A DNA stretch of 64,000 nucleotides from Chiloscyllium plagiosum (Eukaryota). Both the position numbers and the translations under genes were made by a program. The stretch is from NCBI RefSeq assembly GCF_004010195.1, contig NC_057719.1:50705008-50769007 (forward strand). The letters are read 5' to 3'. Numbering within the stretch: the first letter of the stretch is position 1; each line of letters begins with the position of its first letter. The notes beneath the pieces were generated by a model. It saw only the letters and a program-made list of their open reading frames with translations, had not been told where the DNA came from and did not search any database. Shown one piece after another: positions 63,300-64,000 of the stretch.

Positions 63300-63606
63300 C
63301 CTATAACTTTCTGTAGCCCTATGACCCTCTGAGATCACTGCGTGTCTCCAAGTCTGCTTTCTTAAGTCCAATTTTTATCACTCCACAATTGGTGGCTGTG
63401 TCTGCAGTTGCCTGATCTGTAAATGCTAGAAATCCCTCCCTTAGCTTCTCCACATCTCTAACTTTCCGTATCAAAACCAGCTCTTTGACCAAATTTTTGG
63501 TTCCTTCTCCTAATATCTCCTTACGTGATTCTAAGTTTGATAACATTGTTGTTAAGTGACTGACATATTGTACAACATTTTAAACATTATAAAAATGCAA
63601 GTTGCA
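63300..63606 (+). mobile_element. Ancient L2-like 3' fragment
   Basis: aaaaccagctctttgaccaaatttttgg...aaacattataaaaatgcaagttg, an L2-type tail. Confidence 0.5.
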
Positions 63607-64000
63607 GTTATCATGTCCATAACCACATTTCTGGTTCAACCATAGAAGAAAGTAGGAACCTGAATTTAGGTTATAAAATGAACAGCAGCTTTCATGAAAG
63701 CTAAGAATCTGTTGGTCACTGATGGTTTAGTGGGTAAATACATCATCCATGATACTGAACCACAAAGACAGAAATTTGTCATCTAAAGGTTGCTAAATCT
63801 GATATCAAGTGTACAATCCAATAGTCATTGCTAGTTGTGGAAAGCCAGCCATGCAGTGCCTTGGTGCATATCTTATGTAGATAAATAATGTGGGACGAGA
63901 GTGTTTAGCTGAGCTCTGTTGAGGCTGTGATCCCATTAAATATACTGGTGAAATGCAGCTAGTTCCAGGTAATGCTGTGCCATTGAAGGTCATTCAGCTA

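Overview
Eukaryotic, repeat-dense vertebrate DNA. The repeat content (HE1/V-SINEs, Deu-type SINEs, abundant CR1, Penelope-like elements) suggests a shark or other elasmobranch; this is an inference. The window is mostly intron of KIAA0586/TALPID3 (+ strand). Four phase-compatible internal coding exons are visible: 21845-21917, 39269-39541, 48344-48536 and 51339-51542. The introns are filled with CR1, RTE, Rex1 and L2 LINE relics, SINEs, probable solo LTRs and a Tigger-like MITE. Four less obvious structures stand out. (1) A decayed, nearly complete Ty1/Copia (GalEa-like) retrotransposon lies on the - strand at about 55.1-62.9 kb, broken by five Penelope-type insertions. (2) At least three Penelope-like families carry minimal hammerhead ribozyme motifs, including a tandem dimer. 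(3) Many short TSD-flanked or fold-back Penelope end-fragments break off within the ribozyme. (4) A perfect hairpin with 44-bp arms sits inside a CR1. All family assignments come from recognising motifs by eye, not from database searches, and repeat boundaries are approximate unless TSDs are given. I see no evidence for a wholly new protein-coding system.
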